A DNA stretch of 64,000 bases from the human T2T-CHM13v2.0 reference genome, Homo sapiens. A model generated the notes under the pieces. It worked only from the letters and a program-made list of their open reading frames with translations, searched no databases and had not been told where the DNA came from. The stretch is taken from the NCBI RefSeq assembly GCF_009914755.1, contig NC_060941.1, one strand, 5' to 3'. Both the position numbers and the translations under genes were made by a program. Shown in pieces: positions 41,301-55,700 of the stretch (positions are counted from its first letter, which is position 1; the number at the start of each line of letters is the position of its first letter).

Positions 41301-43761
41301 AGTTGAACACTCCTTTTGAGAGCGCAGTTTTGAAACTCTCTTTCTGTGGCATCTGCAAGGGGACACGTAGACCTCTTTGAAGATTTCGTTGGAAACGGAA
41401 TCATCTTCACATAAAAACTATACAGATGCATTCTCAGGAACTTTTTGGTGATGTTTGTATTCAACTCCCAGAGTTGAACTTTCCTTTGGAAAGAGCAGCT
41501 ATGAAACACTCTTTTTCTAGAATCTGCAAGTGGACGTTTGGAGGGCTTTGTGGTTTGTGGTGGAAAAGGAAATATCTTCACCTAAATACTAGATAGAAGC
41601 ATTCTCAGAAACTGCTTTGTGATGATTGCATTCACCTCACAGAGTTGAACATTCCTATTGATAGAGCAGTTTGGAAACACTCTTGTTGTGGAATGTGCAA
41701 GTGGAGATTTGGAGCGCTTTGAGGCCTATGGTAGTAAAGGGAATAGCTTCATAGAAAAACTAGACAGAAGCATTCTCAGAAAATACTTTGTGATGATTGA
41801 GTTTAACTCACAGAGCTGAACATTCCTTTGGATGGAGCAGGTTTGAGACACACTTTTTGTAGAATCTACAAGTGGATATTTGGACCTCTCTGAGGATTTC
41901 GTTGGAAACGGGATAACTGCACCTAACTAAACGGAAGCATTCTCAGAAACTTCTTGGTGATGTTTGCATTCAAATCCCAGAGTTGAACCTTCCTTTGATA
42001 GTTCAGGTTTGAAACACTCTTTTTGTAGGATCTGCAAGTGGATATTTGGACCACTCTGTGGCCTTCGTTCGAAACGGGTATATCTTCGCATAAAATCTAG
42101 ACAGAAGCCTTCTCAGAAACTTCTCTGTGATGATTGCATTCAACTCACAGAGTTGAACCCTCCTATGGATAGAGCAGTGTTGAAACTCTCTTTTTGTGGA
42201 ATCTGCAAGTGGATATGTGGACCTCTCCGAAGATGTCTTTGGAAACGGGAATATCTTCACATAAAAACTAAACAGAAGCATTCTCAGAAACTTCTCTGTG
42301 ATGTTTGTGTTCAACTCCCAGAGTTTCACATTGCTTTTCATAGAGTAGTTCTGAAACATGCTTTTCGTAGTGTCTACAAGTGGACATTTGGAGCGCTTTC
42401 AGGCCTGTGGTGGAAAACGAATTATGGTCACATAAAAACTGGAGAGAAGCATTGTCAGAAACTTCTTTGTGATGATTGCATTCAACTCACAGAGTTGAAG
42501 GTTCCTTTTCAAAGAGCAGTTTCCAATCACTCTTTCTGTGGAATCTGCAAGTGGATATTTGGACCTATTTTGAAGATTTCGTTGGAAACGGGAGAATCTT
42601 CACAGGAAAGCTAAACAGAAGCATTCTCAGAAACTTCTTTGTGATGCTTGCATTCAACTCACAGAGTTGAACTTTCCTTTCGAGAGAGAAGCTTTGAAAC
42701 ACTCTTTTTCCAGAATCTGCAAGTGGACATTTGGAGGGCTTTGAGGCCTGTGGTGGAAAAGGAATTATCTTCCCGTAAAAGCTAGATAGAAGCATTCTCA
42801 GAAACTACTTTGTGATGATTGCATTCAAGTCACAGAGTTGAACATTCCCTTTGACAGAGCAGTTTGGAAACTCTCTTTGTGTAGAATCTGCAAGTGGAGA
42901 TACGGACCGCTTTGAGGCCTATGGTAGTAAAGGAAATAGCTTCATATAAAAGCTAGACAGTAGCATTCACAGAAAACTCTTGGTGACGACTGAGTTTAAC
43001 TCACAGAGCTGAACATTCCTTTGGATGGAGCAGTTTCGAAACACACTATTTGTAGAATGTGCAAGTGGATATTTAGGCCTCTCTGAGGATTTCGTTGGAA
43101 ACGGGATAAACCGCACAGAACTAAACAGAAGCATTCTCAGAACCTTCTTCGTGATGTTTGCATTCAACTCACAGTGTTGAACCTTTCTTTGATAGTTCAG
43201 GTTTGAAACGGTCTTTCTGTAGAAACTGCAAGTAGATATTTGGACCTCTCTGAGGATTTCGTTGGAAACGGGATAACCCGCACAGAACTAAAACAGAAGC
43301 ATTCTCAGAACCCTCTTCGTGATGTTTGCATTCAACTCACAGTGCTGAACCTTTCTTTGATAGTTCAGCTTTGAAACACTCTTTTTGTAGAAACTGCAAG
43401 TGGATATTTGGTCCTCTCTGAGCATTTCGTTGGAAACGGGATAAACTGCACAGAACTAAACAGAAGCATTCTCAGAACCTTCTTCGTGATGTCTGCATTC
43501 AACTCACAGTGTGGAACCTTTCTTTGATAGTTCAGGTTTGAAACACTCTTTCTGTAGAAACTGCAAGGGGATAATTGCACTCTTTGAGGAGTACCGTAGT
43601 AAAGGAAATAACTTCCTATAAAAAGAAGACAGAAGCTTTCTCAGAAAATTCTTTGGGATGATTGAGTTGAACTCACAGGGCTGAGCATTCCTTGCGATGT
43701 AGCAGTTTAGAAACACACTTTCTGCAGAATCTGCAAGTGCATATTTGGACCTCTGTGAGGA

Positions 43762-43778
43762 ATTCGTTGGTAACGGGA
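43762..43778 (+). promoter_or_regulatory. Mutated CENP-B box (m2, HOR copy 17): core A10>T
   Basis: attcgttggTaacggga, A>T at 43771. Confidence 0.85.
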
Positions 43779-46700
43779 TAATTTCAGCTGACTAAACAGA
43801 AGCAGTCTCAGAATCTTCTTTGTGATGTTTGCATTCAAATCCCCGAGTTGAACTTTCCTTTCAAAGTTCACGTTTGAAACACTCTTTTTGCAGGATCTAC
43901 AAGTGGATATTTGGACCACTCTGTGTCCTTCGTTCGAAACGGGTATATCTTCACATGACATCTAGACAGAAGCATCCTCAGAAGCTTCTCTGTGATGACT
44001 GCATTCAACTCACGGAGTTGAACACTCCTTTTGAGAGCGCAGTTTTGAAACTCTCTTTCTGTGGCATCTGCAAGGGGACATGTAGACCTCTTTGAAGATT
44101 TCGTTGGAAACGGAATCATCTTCACATAAAAACTATACAGACGCATTCTCAGGAACTTTTTGGTGATGTTTGTATTCAACTCCCAGAGTTGAACTTTCCT
44201 TTGGAAAGAGCAGCTATGAAACACTCTTTTTCTAGAATCTGCAAGTGGACGTTTGGAGGGCTTTGTGGTTTGTGGTGGAAAAGGAAATATCTTCACCTAA
44301 ATACTAGATAGAAGCATTCTCAGAAACTGCTTTGTGATGATTGCATTCACCTCACAGAGTTGAACATTCCTATTGATAGAGCAGTTTGGAAACACTCTTG
44401 TTGTGGAATGTGCAAGTGGAGATTTGGAGCGCTTTGAGGCCTATGGTAGTAAAGGGAATAGCTTCATAGAAAAACTAGACAGAAGCATTCTCAGAAAATA
44501 CTTTGTGATGATTGAGTTTAACTCACAGAGCTGAACATTCCTTTGGATGGAGCAGGTTTGAGACACACTTTTTGTAGAATCTACAAGTGGATATTTGGAC
44601 CTCTCTGAGGATTTCGTTGGAAACGGGATAACTGCACCTAACTAAACGGAAGCATTCTCAGAAACTTCTTGGTGATGTTTGCATTCAAATCCCAGAGTTG
44701 AACCTTCCTTTGATAGTTCAGGTTTGAAACACTCTTTTTGTAGGATCTGCAAGTGGATATTTGGACCACTCTGTGGCCTTCGTTCGAAACGGGTATATCT
44801 TCGCATAAAATCTAGACAGAAGCCTTCTCAGAAACTTCTCTGTGATGATTGCATTCAACTCACAGAGTTGAACCCTCCTATGGATAGAGCAGTGTTGAAA
44901 CTCTCTTTTTGTGGAATCTGCAAGTGGATATGTGGACCTCTCCGAAGATGTCTTTGGAAACGGGAATATCTTCACATAAAAACTAAACAGAAGCATTCTC
45001 AGAAACTTCTCTGTGATGTTTGTGTTCAACTCCCAGAGTTTCACATTGCTTTTCATAGAGTAGTTCTGAAACATGCTTTTCGTAGTGTCTACAAGTGGAC
45101 ATTTGGAGCGCTTTCAGGCCTGTGGTGGAAAACGAATTATGGTCACATAAAAACTGGAGAGAAGCATTGTCAGAAACTTCTTTGTGATGATTGCATTCAA
45201 CTCACAGGGTTGAAGGTTCCTTTTGAAAGAGCAGTTTCCAATCACTCTTTCTGTGGAATCTGCAAGTGGATATTTGGACCTATTTTGAAGATTTCGTTGG
45301 AAACGGGAGAATCTTCACAGGAAAGCTAAACAGAAGCATTCTCAGAAACTTCTTTGTGATGCTTGCATTCAACTCACAGAGTTGAACTTTCCTTTCGAGA
45401 GAGAAGCTTTGAAACACTCTTTTTCCAGAATCTGCAAGTGGACATTTGGAGGGCTTTGAGGCCTGTGGTGGAAAAGGAATTATCTTCCCGTAAAAGCTAG
45501 ATAGAAGCATTCTCAGAAACTACTTTGTGATGATTGCATTCAAGTCACAGAGTTGAACATTCCCTTTGACAGAGCAGTTTGGAAACTCTCTTTGTGTAGA
45601 ATCTGCAAGTGGAGATACGGACCGCTTTGAGGCCTATGGTAGTAAAGGAAATAGCTTCATATAAAAGCTAGACAGTAGCATTCACAGAAAACTCTTGGTG
45701 ACGACTGAGTTTAACTCACAGAGCTGAACATTCCTTTGGATGGAGCAGTTTCGAAACACACTATTTGTAGAATGTGCAAGTGGATATTTAGGCCTCTCTG
45801 AGGATTTCGTTGGAAACGGGATAAACCGCACAGAACTAAACAGAAGCATTCTCAGAACCTTCTTCGTGATGTTTGCATTCAACTCACAGTGTTGAACCTT
45901 TCTTTGATAGTTCAGGTTTGAAACGGTCTTTCTGTAGAAACTGCAAGTAGATATTTGGACCTCTCTGAGGATTTCGTTGGAAACGGGATAACCCGCACAG
46001 AACTAAAACAGAAGCATTCTCAGAACCCTCTTCGTGATGTTTGCATTCAACTCACAGTGCTGAACCTTTCTTTGATAGTTCAGCTTTGAAACACTCTTTT
46101 TGTAGAAACTGCAAGTGGATATTTGGTCCTCTCTGAGCATTTCGTTGGAAACGGGATAAACTGCACAGAACTAAACAGAAGCATTCTCAGAACCTTCTTC
46201 GTGATGTCTGCATTCAACTCACAGTGTGGAACCTTTCTTTGATAGTTCAGGTTTGAAACACTCTTTTTGTAGAAACTGCAAGGGGATAATTGCACTCTTT
46301 GAGGAGTACCGTAGTAAAGGAAATAACTTCCTATAAAAAGAAGACAGAAGCTTTCTCAGAAAATTCTTTGGGATGATTGAGTTGAACTCACAGAGCTGAG
46401 CATTCCTTGCGATGTAGCAGTTTAGAAACACACTTTCTGCAGAATCTGCAAGTGCATATTTGGACCTCTGTGAGGAATTCGTTGGAAACGGGATAATTTC
46501 AGCTGACTAAACAGAAGCAGTCTCAGAATCTTCTTTGTGATGTTTGCATTCAAATCCCCGAGTTGAACTTTCCTTTCAAAGTTCACGTTTGAAACACTCT
46601 TTTTGCAGGATCTACAAGTGGATATTTGGACCACTCTGTGTCCTTCGTTCGAAACGGGTATATCTTCACATGACATCTAGACAGAAGCATCCTCAGAAGC

Positions 46701-49700
46701 TTCTCTGTGATGACTGCATTCAACTCACGGAGTTGAACACTCCTTTTGAGAGCGCAGTTTTGAAACTCTCTTTCTGTGGCATCTGCAAGGGGACATGTAG
46801 ACCTCTTTGAAGATTTCGTTGGAAACGGAATCATCTTCACATAAAAACTACACAGACGCATTCTCAGGAACTTTTTGGTGATGTTTGTATTCAACTCCCA
46901 GAGTTGAACTTTCCTTTGGAAAGAGCAGCTATGAAACACTCTTTTTCTAGAATCTGCAAGTGGACGTTTGGAGGGCTTTGTGGTTTGTGGTGGAAAAGGA
47001 AATATCTTCACCTAAATACTAGATAGAAGCATTCTCAGAAACTGCTTTGTGATGATTGCATTCACCTCACAGAGTTGAACATTCCTATTGATAGAGCAGT
47101 TTGGAAACACTCTTGTTGTGGAATGTGCAAGTGGAGATTTGGAGCGCTTTGAGGCCTATGGTAGTAAAGGGAATAGCTTCATAGAAAAACTAGACAGAAG
47201 CATTCTCAGAAAATACTTTGTGATGATTGAGTTTAACTCACAGAGCTGAACATTCCTTTGGATGGAGCAGGTTTGAGACACACCTTTTGTAGAATCTACA
47301 AGTGGATATTTGGACCTCTCTGAGGATTTCGTTGGAAACGGGATAACTGCACCTAACTAAACGGAAGCATTCTCAGAAACTTCTTGGTGATGTTTGCATT
47401 CAAATCCCAGAGTTGAACCTTCCTTTGATAGTTCAGGTTTGAAACACTCTTTTTGTAGGATCTGCAAGTGGATATTTGGACCACTCTGTGGCCTTCGTTC
47501 GAAACGGGTATATCTTCGCATAAAATCTAGACAGAAGCCTTCTCAGAAACTTCTCTGTGGTGATTGCATTCAACTCACAGAGTTGAACCCTCCTATGGAT
47601 AGAGCAGTGTTGAAACTCTCTTTTTGTGGAATCTGCAAGTGGATATGTGGACCTCTCCGAAGATGTCTTTGGAAACGGGAATATCTTCACATAAAAACTA
47701 AACAGAAGCATTCTCAGAAACTTCTCTGTGATGTTTGTGTTCAACTCCCAGAGTTTCACATTGCTTTTCATAGAGTAGTTCTGAAACATGCTTTTCGTAG
47801 TGTCTACAAGTGGACATTTGGAGCGCTTTCAGGCCTGTGGTGGAAAACGAATTATGGTCACATAAAAACTGGAGAGAAGCATTGTCAGAAACTTCTTTGT
47901 GATGATTGCATTCAACTCACAGAGTTGAAGGTTCCTTTTCAAAGAGCAGTTTCCAATCACTCTTTGTGTGGAATCTGCAAGTGGATATTTGGACCTATTT
48001 TGAAGATTTCGTTGGAAACGGGAGAATCTTCACAGGAAAGCTAAACAGAAGCATTCTCAGAAACTTCTTTGTGATGCTTGCATTCAACTCACAGAGTTGA
48101 ACTTTCCTTTCGAGAGAGAAGCTTTGAAACACTCTTTTTCCAGAATCTGCAAGTGGACATTTGGAGGGCTTTGAGGCCTGTGGTGGAAAAGGAATTATCT
48201 TCCCGTAAAAGCTAGATAGAAGCATTCTCAGAAACTACTTTGTGATGATTGCATTCAAGTCACAGAGTTGAACATTCCCTTTGACAGAGCAGTTTGGAAA
48301 CTCTCTTTGTGTAGAATCTGCAAGTGGAGATATGGACCGCTTTGAGGCCTATGGTAGTAAAGGAAATAGCTTCATATAAAAGCTAGACAGTAGCATTCAC
48401 AGAAAACTCTTGGTGACGACTGAGTTTAACTCACAGAGCTGAACATTCCTTTGGATGGAGCAGTTTCGAAACACACTATTTGTAGAATGTGCAAGTGGAT
48501 ATTTAGGCCTCTCTGAGGATTTCGTTGGAAACGGGATAAACCGCACAGAACTAAACAGAAGCATTCTCAGAACCTTCTTCGCGATGTTTGCATTCAACTC
48601 ACAGTGTTGAACCTTTCTTTGATAGTTCAGGTTTGAAACGGTCTTTCTGTAGAAACTGCAAGTAGATATTTGGACCTCTCTGAGGATTTCGTTGGAAACG
48701 GGATAACCCGCACAGAACTAAAACAGAAGCATTCTCAGAACCCTCCTCGTGATGTTTGCATTCAACTCACAGTGCTGAACCTTTCTTTGATAGTTCAGCT
48801 TTGAAACACTCTTTTTGTAGAAACTGCAAGTGGATATTTGGTCCTCTCTGAGCATTTCGTTGGAAACGGGATAAACTGCACAGAACTAAACAGAAGCATT
48901 CTCAGAACCTTCTTCGTGATGTCTGCATTCAACTCACAGTGTGGAACCTTTCTTTGATAGTTCAGGTTTGAAACACTCTTTTTGTAGAAACTGCAAGGGG
49001 ATAATTGCACTCTTTGAGGAGTACCGTAGTAAAGGAAATAACTTCCTATAAAAAGAAGACAGAAGCTTTCTCAGAAAATTCTTTGGGATGATTGAGTTGA
49101 ACTCACAGAGCTGAGCATTCCTTGCGATGTAGCAGTTTAGAAACACACTTTCTGCAGAATCTGCAAGTGCATATTTGGACCTCTGTGAGGAATTCGTTGG
49201 AAACGGGATAATTTCAGCTGACTAAACAGAAGCAGTCTCAGAATCTTCTTTGTGATGTTTGCATTCAAATCCCCGAGTTGAACTTTCCTTTCAAAGTTCA
49301 CGTTTGAAACACTCTTTTTGCAGGATCTACAAGTGGATATTTGGACCACTCTGTGTCCTTCGTTCGAAACGGGTATATCTTCACATGACATCTAGACAGA
49401 AGCATCCTCAGAAGCTTCTCTGTGATGACTGCATTCAACTCACGGAGTTGAACACTCCTTTTGAGAGCGCAGTTTTGAAACTCTCTTTCTGTGGCATCTG
49501 CAAGGGGACATGTAGACCTCTTTGAAGATTTCGTTGGAAACGGAATCATCTTCACATAAAAACTATACAGATGCATTCTCAGGAACTTTTTGGTGATGTT
49601 TGTATTCAACTCCCAGAGTTGAACTTTCCTTTGGAAAGAGCAGCTATGAAACACTCTTTTTCTAGAATCTGCAAGTGGACGTTTGGAGGGCTTTGTGGTT

Positions 49701-52700
49701 TGTGGTGGAAAAGGAAATATCTTCACCTAAATACTAGATAGAAGCATTCTCAGAAACTGCTTTGTGATGATTGCATTCACCTCACAGAGTTGAACATTCC
49801 TATTGATAGAGCAGTTTGGAAACACTCTTGTTGTGGAATGTGCAAGTGGAGATTTGGAGCGCTTTGAGGCCTATGGTAGTAAAGGGAATAGCTTCATAGA
49901 AAAACTAGACAGAAGCATTCTCAGAAAATACTTTGTGATGATTGAGTTTAACTCACAGAGCTGAACATTCCTTTGGATGGAGCAGGTTTGAGACACACCT
50001 TTTGTAGAATCTACAAGTGGATATTTGGACCTCTCTGAGGATTTCGTTGGAAACGGGATAACTGCACCTAACTAAACGGAAGCATTCTCAGAAACTTCTT
50101 GGTGATGTTTGCATTCAAATCCCAGAGTTGAACCTTCCTTTGATAGTTCAGGTTTGAAACACTCTTTTTGTAGGATCTGCAAGTGGATATTTGGACCACT
50201 CTGTGGCCTTCGTTCGAAACGGGTATATCTTCGCATAAAATCTAGACAGAAGCCTTCTCAGAAACTTCTCTGTGATGATTGCATTCAACTCACAGAGTTG
50301 AACCCTCCTATGGATAGAGCAGTGTTGAAACTCTCTTTTTGTGGAATCTGCAAGTGGATATGTGGACCTCTCCGAAGATGTCTTTGGAAACGGGAATATC
50401 TTCACATAAAAACTAAACAGAAGCATTCTCAGAAACTTCTCTGTGATGTTTGTGTTCAACTCCCAGAGTTTCACATTGCTTTTCATAGAGTAGTTCTGAA
50501 ACATGCTTTTCGTAGTGTCTACAAGTGGACATTTGGAGCGCTTTCAGGCCTGTGGTGGAAAACGAATTATGGTCACATAAAAACTGGAGAGAAGCATTGT
50601 CAGAAACTTCTTTGTGATGATTGCATTCAACTCACAGAGTTGAAGGTTCCTTTTCAAAGAGCAGTTTCCAATCACTCTTTGTGTGGAATCTGCAAGTGGA
50701 TATTCGGACCTATTTTGAAGATTTCGTTGGAAACGGGAGAATCTTCACAGGAAAGCTAAACAGAAGCATTCTCAGAAACTTCTTTGTGATGCTTGCATTC
50801 AACTCACAGAGTTGAACTTTCCTTTCGAGAGAGAAGCTTTGAAACACTCTTTTTCCAGAATCTGCAAGTGGACATTTGGAGGGCTTTGAGGCCTGTGGTG
50901 GAAAAGGAATTATCTTCCCGTAAAAGCTAGATAGAAGCATTCTCAGAAACTACTTTGTGATGATTGCATTCAAGTCACAGAGTTGAACATTCCCTTTGAC
51001 AGAGCAGTTTGGAAACTCTCTTTGTGTAGAATCTGCAAGTGGAGATATGGACCGCTTTGAGGCCTATGGTAGTAAAGGAAATAGCTTCATATAAAAGCTA
51101 GACAGTAGCATTCACAGAAAACTCTTGGTGACGACTGAGTTTAACTCACAGAGCTGAACATTCCTTTGGATGGAGCAGTTTCGAAACACACTATTTGTAG
51201 AATGTGCAAGTGGATATTTAGGCCTCTCTGAGGATTTCGTTGGAAACGGGATAAACCGCACAGAACTAAACAGAAGCATTCTCAGAACCTTCTTCGTGAT
51301 GTTTGCATTCAACTCACAGTGTTGAACCTTTCTTTGATAGTTCAGGTTTGAAACGGTCTTTCTGTAGAAACTGCAAGTAGATATTTGGACCTCTCTGAGG
51401 ATTTCGTTGGAAACGGGATAACCCGCACAGAACTAAAACAGAAGCATTCTCAGAACCCTCTTCGTGATGTTTGCATTCAACTCACAGTGCTGAACCTTTC
51501 TTTGATAGTTCAGCTTTGAAACACTCTTTTTGTAGAAACTGCAAGTGGATATTTGGTCCTCTCTGAGCATTTCGTTGGAAACGGGATAAACTGCACAGAA
51601 CTAAACAGAAGCATTCTCAGAACCTTCTTCGTGATGTCTGCATTCAACTCACAGTGTGGAACCTTTCTTTGATAGTTCAGGTTTGAAACACTCTTTTTGT
51701 AGAAACTGCAAGGGGATAATTGCACTCTTTGAGGAGTACCGTAGTAAAGGAAATAACTTCCTATAAAAAGAAGACAGAAGCTTTCTCAGAAAATTCTTTG
51801 GGATGATTGAGTTGAACTCACAGAGCTGAGCATTCCTTGCGATGTAGCAGTTTAGAAACACACTTTCTGCAGAATCTGCAAGTGCATATTTGGACCTCTG
51901 TGAGGAATTCGTTGGAAACGGGATAATTTCAGCTGACTAAACAGAAGCAGTCTCAGAATCTTCTTTGTGATGTTTGCATTCAAATCCCCGAGTTGAACTT
52001 TCCTTTCAAAGTTCACGTTTGAAACACTCTTTTTGCAGGATCTACAAGTGGATATTTGGACCACTCTGTGTCCTTCGTTCGAAACGGGTATATCTTCACA
52101 TGACATCTAGACAGAAGCATCCTCAGAAGCTTCTCTGTGATGACTGCATTCAACTCACGGAGTTGAACACTCCTTTTGAGAGCGCAGTTTTGAAACTCTC
52201 TTTCTGTGGCATCTGCAAGGGGACACGTAGACCTCTTTGAAGATTTCGTTGGAAACGGAATCATCTTCACATAAAAACTATACAGACGCATTCTCAGGAA
52301 CTTTTTGGTGATGTTTGTATTCAACTCCCAGAGTTGAACTTTCCTTTGGAAAGAGCAGCTATGAAACACTCTTTTTCTAGAATCTGCAAGTGGACGTTTG
52401 GAGGGCTTTGTGGTTTGTGGTGGAAAAGGAAATATCTTCACCTAAATACTAGATAGAAGCATTCTCAGAAACTGCTTTGTGATGATTGCATTCACCTCAC
52501 AGAGTTGAACATTCCTATTGATAGAGCAGTTTGGAAACACTCTTGTTGTGGAATGTGCAAGTGGAGATTTGGAGCGCTTTGAGGCCTATGGTAGTAAAGG
52601 GAATAGCTTCATAGAAAAACTAGACAGAAGCATTCTCAGAAAATACTTTGTGATGATTGAGTTTAACTCACAGAGCTGAACATTCCTTTGGATGGAGCAG

Positions 52701-55700
52701 GTTTGAGACACACTTTTTGTAGAATCTACAAGTGGATATTTGGACCTCTCTGAGGATTTCGTTGGAAACGGGATAACTGCACCTAACTAAACGGAAGCAT
52801 TCTCAGAAACTTCTTGGTGATGTTTGCATTCAAATCCCAGAGTTGAACCTTCCTTTGATAGTTCAGGTTTGAAACACTCTTTTTGTAGGATCTGCAAGTG
52901 GATATTTGGACCACTCTGTGGCCTTCGTTCGAAACGGGTATATCTTCGCATAAAATCTAGACAGAAGCCTTCTCAGAAACTTCTCTGTGATGATTGCATT
53001 CAACTCACAGAGTTGAACCCTCCTATGGATAGAGCAGTGTTGAAACTCTCTTTTTGTGGAATCTGCAAGTGGATATGTGGACCTCTCCGAAGATGTCTTT
53101 GGAAACGGGAATATCTTCACATAAAAACTAAACAGAAGCATTCTCAGAAACTTCTCTGTGATGTTTGTGTTCAACTCCCAGAGTTTCACATTGCTTTTCA
53201 TAGAGTAGTTCTGAAACATGCTTTTCGTAGTGTCTACAAGTGGACATTTGGAGCGCTTTCAGGCCTGTGGTGGAAAACGAATTATGGTCACATAAAAACT
53301 GGAGAGAAGCATTGTCAGAAACTTCTTTGTGATGATTGCATTCAACTCACAGAGTTGAAGGTTCCTTTTCAAAGAGCAGTTTCCAATCACTCTTTGTGTG
53401 GAATCTGCAAGTGGATATTTGGACCTATTTTGAAGATTTCGTTGGAAACGGGAGAATCTTCACAGGAAAGCTAAACAGAAGCATTCTCAGAAACTTCTTT
53501 GTGATGCTTGCATTCAACTCACAGAGTTGAACTTTCCTTTCGAGAGAGAAGCTTTGAAACACTCTTTTTCCAGAATCTGCAAGTGGACATTTGGAGGGCT
53601 TTGAGGCCTGTGGTGGAAAAGGAATTATCTTCCCGTAAAAGCTAGATAGAAGCATTCTCAGAAACTACTTTGTGATGATTGCATTCAAGTCACAGAGTTG
53701 AACATTCCCTTTGACAGAGCAGTTTGGAAACTCTCTTTGTGTAGAATCTGCAAGTGGAGATATGGACCGCTTTGAGGCCTATGGTAGTAAAGGAAATAGC
53801 TTCATATAAAAGCTAGACAGTAGCATTCACAGAAAACTCTTGGTGACGACTGAGTTTAACTCACAGAGCTGAACATTCCTTTGGATGGAGCAGTTTCGAA
53901 ACACACTATTTGTAGAATGTGCAAGTGGATATTTAGGCCTCTCTGAGGATTTCGTTGGAAACGGGATAAACCGCACAGAACTAAACAGAAGCATTCTCAG
54001 AACCTTCTTCGTGATGTTTGCATTCAACTCACAGTGTTGAACCTTTCTTTGATAGTTCAGGTTTGAAACGGTCTTTCTGTAGAAACTGCAAGTAGATATT
54101 TGGACCTCTCTGAGGATTTCGTTGGAAACGGGATAACCCGCACAGAACTAAAACAGAAGCATTCTCAGAACCCTCTTCGTGATGTTTGCATTCAACTCAC
54201 AGTGCTGAACCTTTCTTTGATAGTTCAGCTTTGAAACACTCTTTTTGTAGAAACTGCAAGTGGATATTTGGTCCTCTCTGAGCATTTCGTTGGAAACGGG
54301 ATAAACTGCACAGAACTAAACAGAAGCATTCTCAGAACCTTCTTCGTGATGTCTGCATTCAACTCACAGTGTGGAACCTTTCTTTGATAGTTCAGGTTTG
54401 AAACACTCTTTTTGTAGAAACTGCAAGGGGATAATTGCACTCTTTGAGGAGTACCGTAGTAAAGGAAATAACTTCCTATAAAAAGAAGACAGAAGCTTTC
54501 TCAGAAAATTCTTTGGGATGATTGAGTTGAACTCACAGAGCTGAGCATTCCTTGCGATGTAGCAGTTTAGAAACACACTTTCTGCAGAATCTGCAAGTGC
54601 ATATTTGGACCTCTGTGAGGAATTCGTTGGAAACGGGATAATTTCAGCTGACTAAACAGAAGCAGTCTCAGAATCTTCTTTGTGATGTTTGCATTCAAAT
54701 CCCCGAGTTGAACTTTCCTTTCAAAGTTCACGTTTGAAACACTCTTTTTGCAGGATCTACAAGTGGATATTTGGACCACTCTGTGTCCTTCGTTCGAAAC
54801 GGGTATATCTTCACATGACATCTAGACAGAAGCATCCTCAGAAGCTTCTCTGTGATGACTGCATTCAACTCACGGAGTTGAACACTCCTTTTGAGAGCGC
54901 AGTTTTGAAACTCTCTTTCTGTGGCATCTGCAAGGGGACACGTAGACCTCTTTGAAGATTTCGTTGGAAACGGAATCATCTTCACATAAAAACTATACAG
55001 ATGCATTCTCAGGAACTTTTTGGTGATGTTTGTATTCAACTCCCAGAGTTGAACTTTCCTTTGGAAAGAGCAGCTATGAAACACTCTTTTTCTAGAATCT
55101 GCAAGTGGACGTTTGGAGGGCTTTGTGGTTTGTGGTGGAAAAGGAAATATCTTCACCTAAATACTAGATAGAAGCATTCTCAGAAACTGCTTTGTGATGA
55201 TTGCATTCACCTCACAGAGTTGAACATTCCTATTGATAGAGCAGTTTGGAAACACTCTTGTTGTGGAATGTGCAAGTGGAGATTTGGAGCGCTTTGAGGC
55301 CTATGGTAGTAAAGGGAATAGCTTCATAGAAAAACTAGACAGAAGCATTCTCAGAAAATACTTTGTGATGATTGAGTTTAACTCACAGAGCTGAACATTC
55401 CTTTGGATGGAGCAGGTTTGAGACACACTTTTTGTAGAATCTACAAGTGGATATTTGGACCTCTCTTAGGATTTCGTTGGAAACGGGATAACTGCACCTA
55501 ACTAAACGGAAGCATTCTCAGAAACTTCTTGGTGATGTTTGCATTCAAATCCCAGAGTTGAACCTTCCTTTGATAGTTCAGGTTTGAAACACTCTTTTTG
55601 TAGGATCTGCAAGTGGATATTTGGACCACTCTGTGGCCTTCGTTCGAAACGGGTATATCTTCGCATAAAATCTAGACAGAAGCCTTCTCAGAAACTTCTC

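Larger units (their letters stand above)
32912..44080 (+). repeat. 2-HOR (5,430-bp) tandem duplication defined by shared variants; boundaries approximate
   Basis: Eight minor alleles are repeated at exactly +5,430 bp (listed in findings). Confidence 0.75.
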
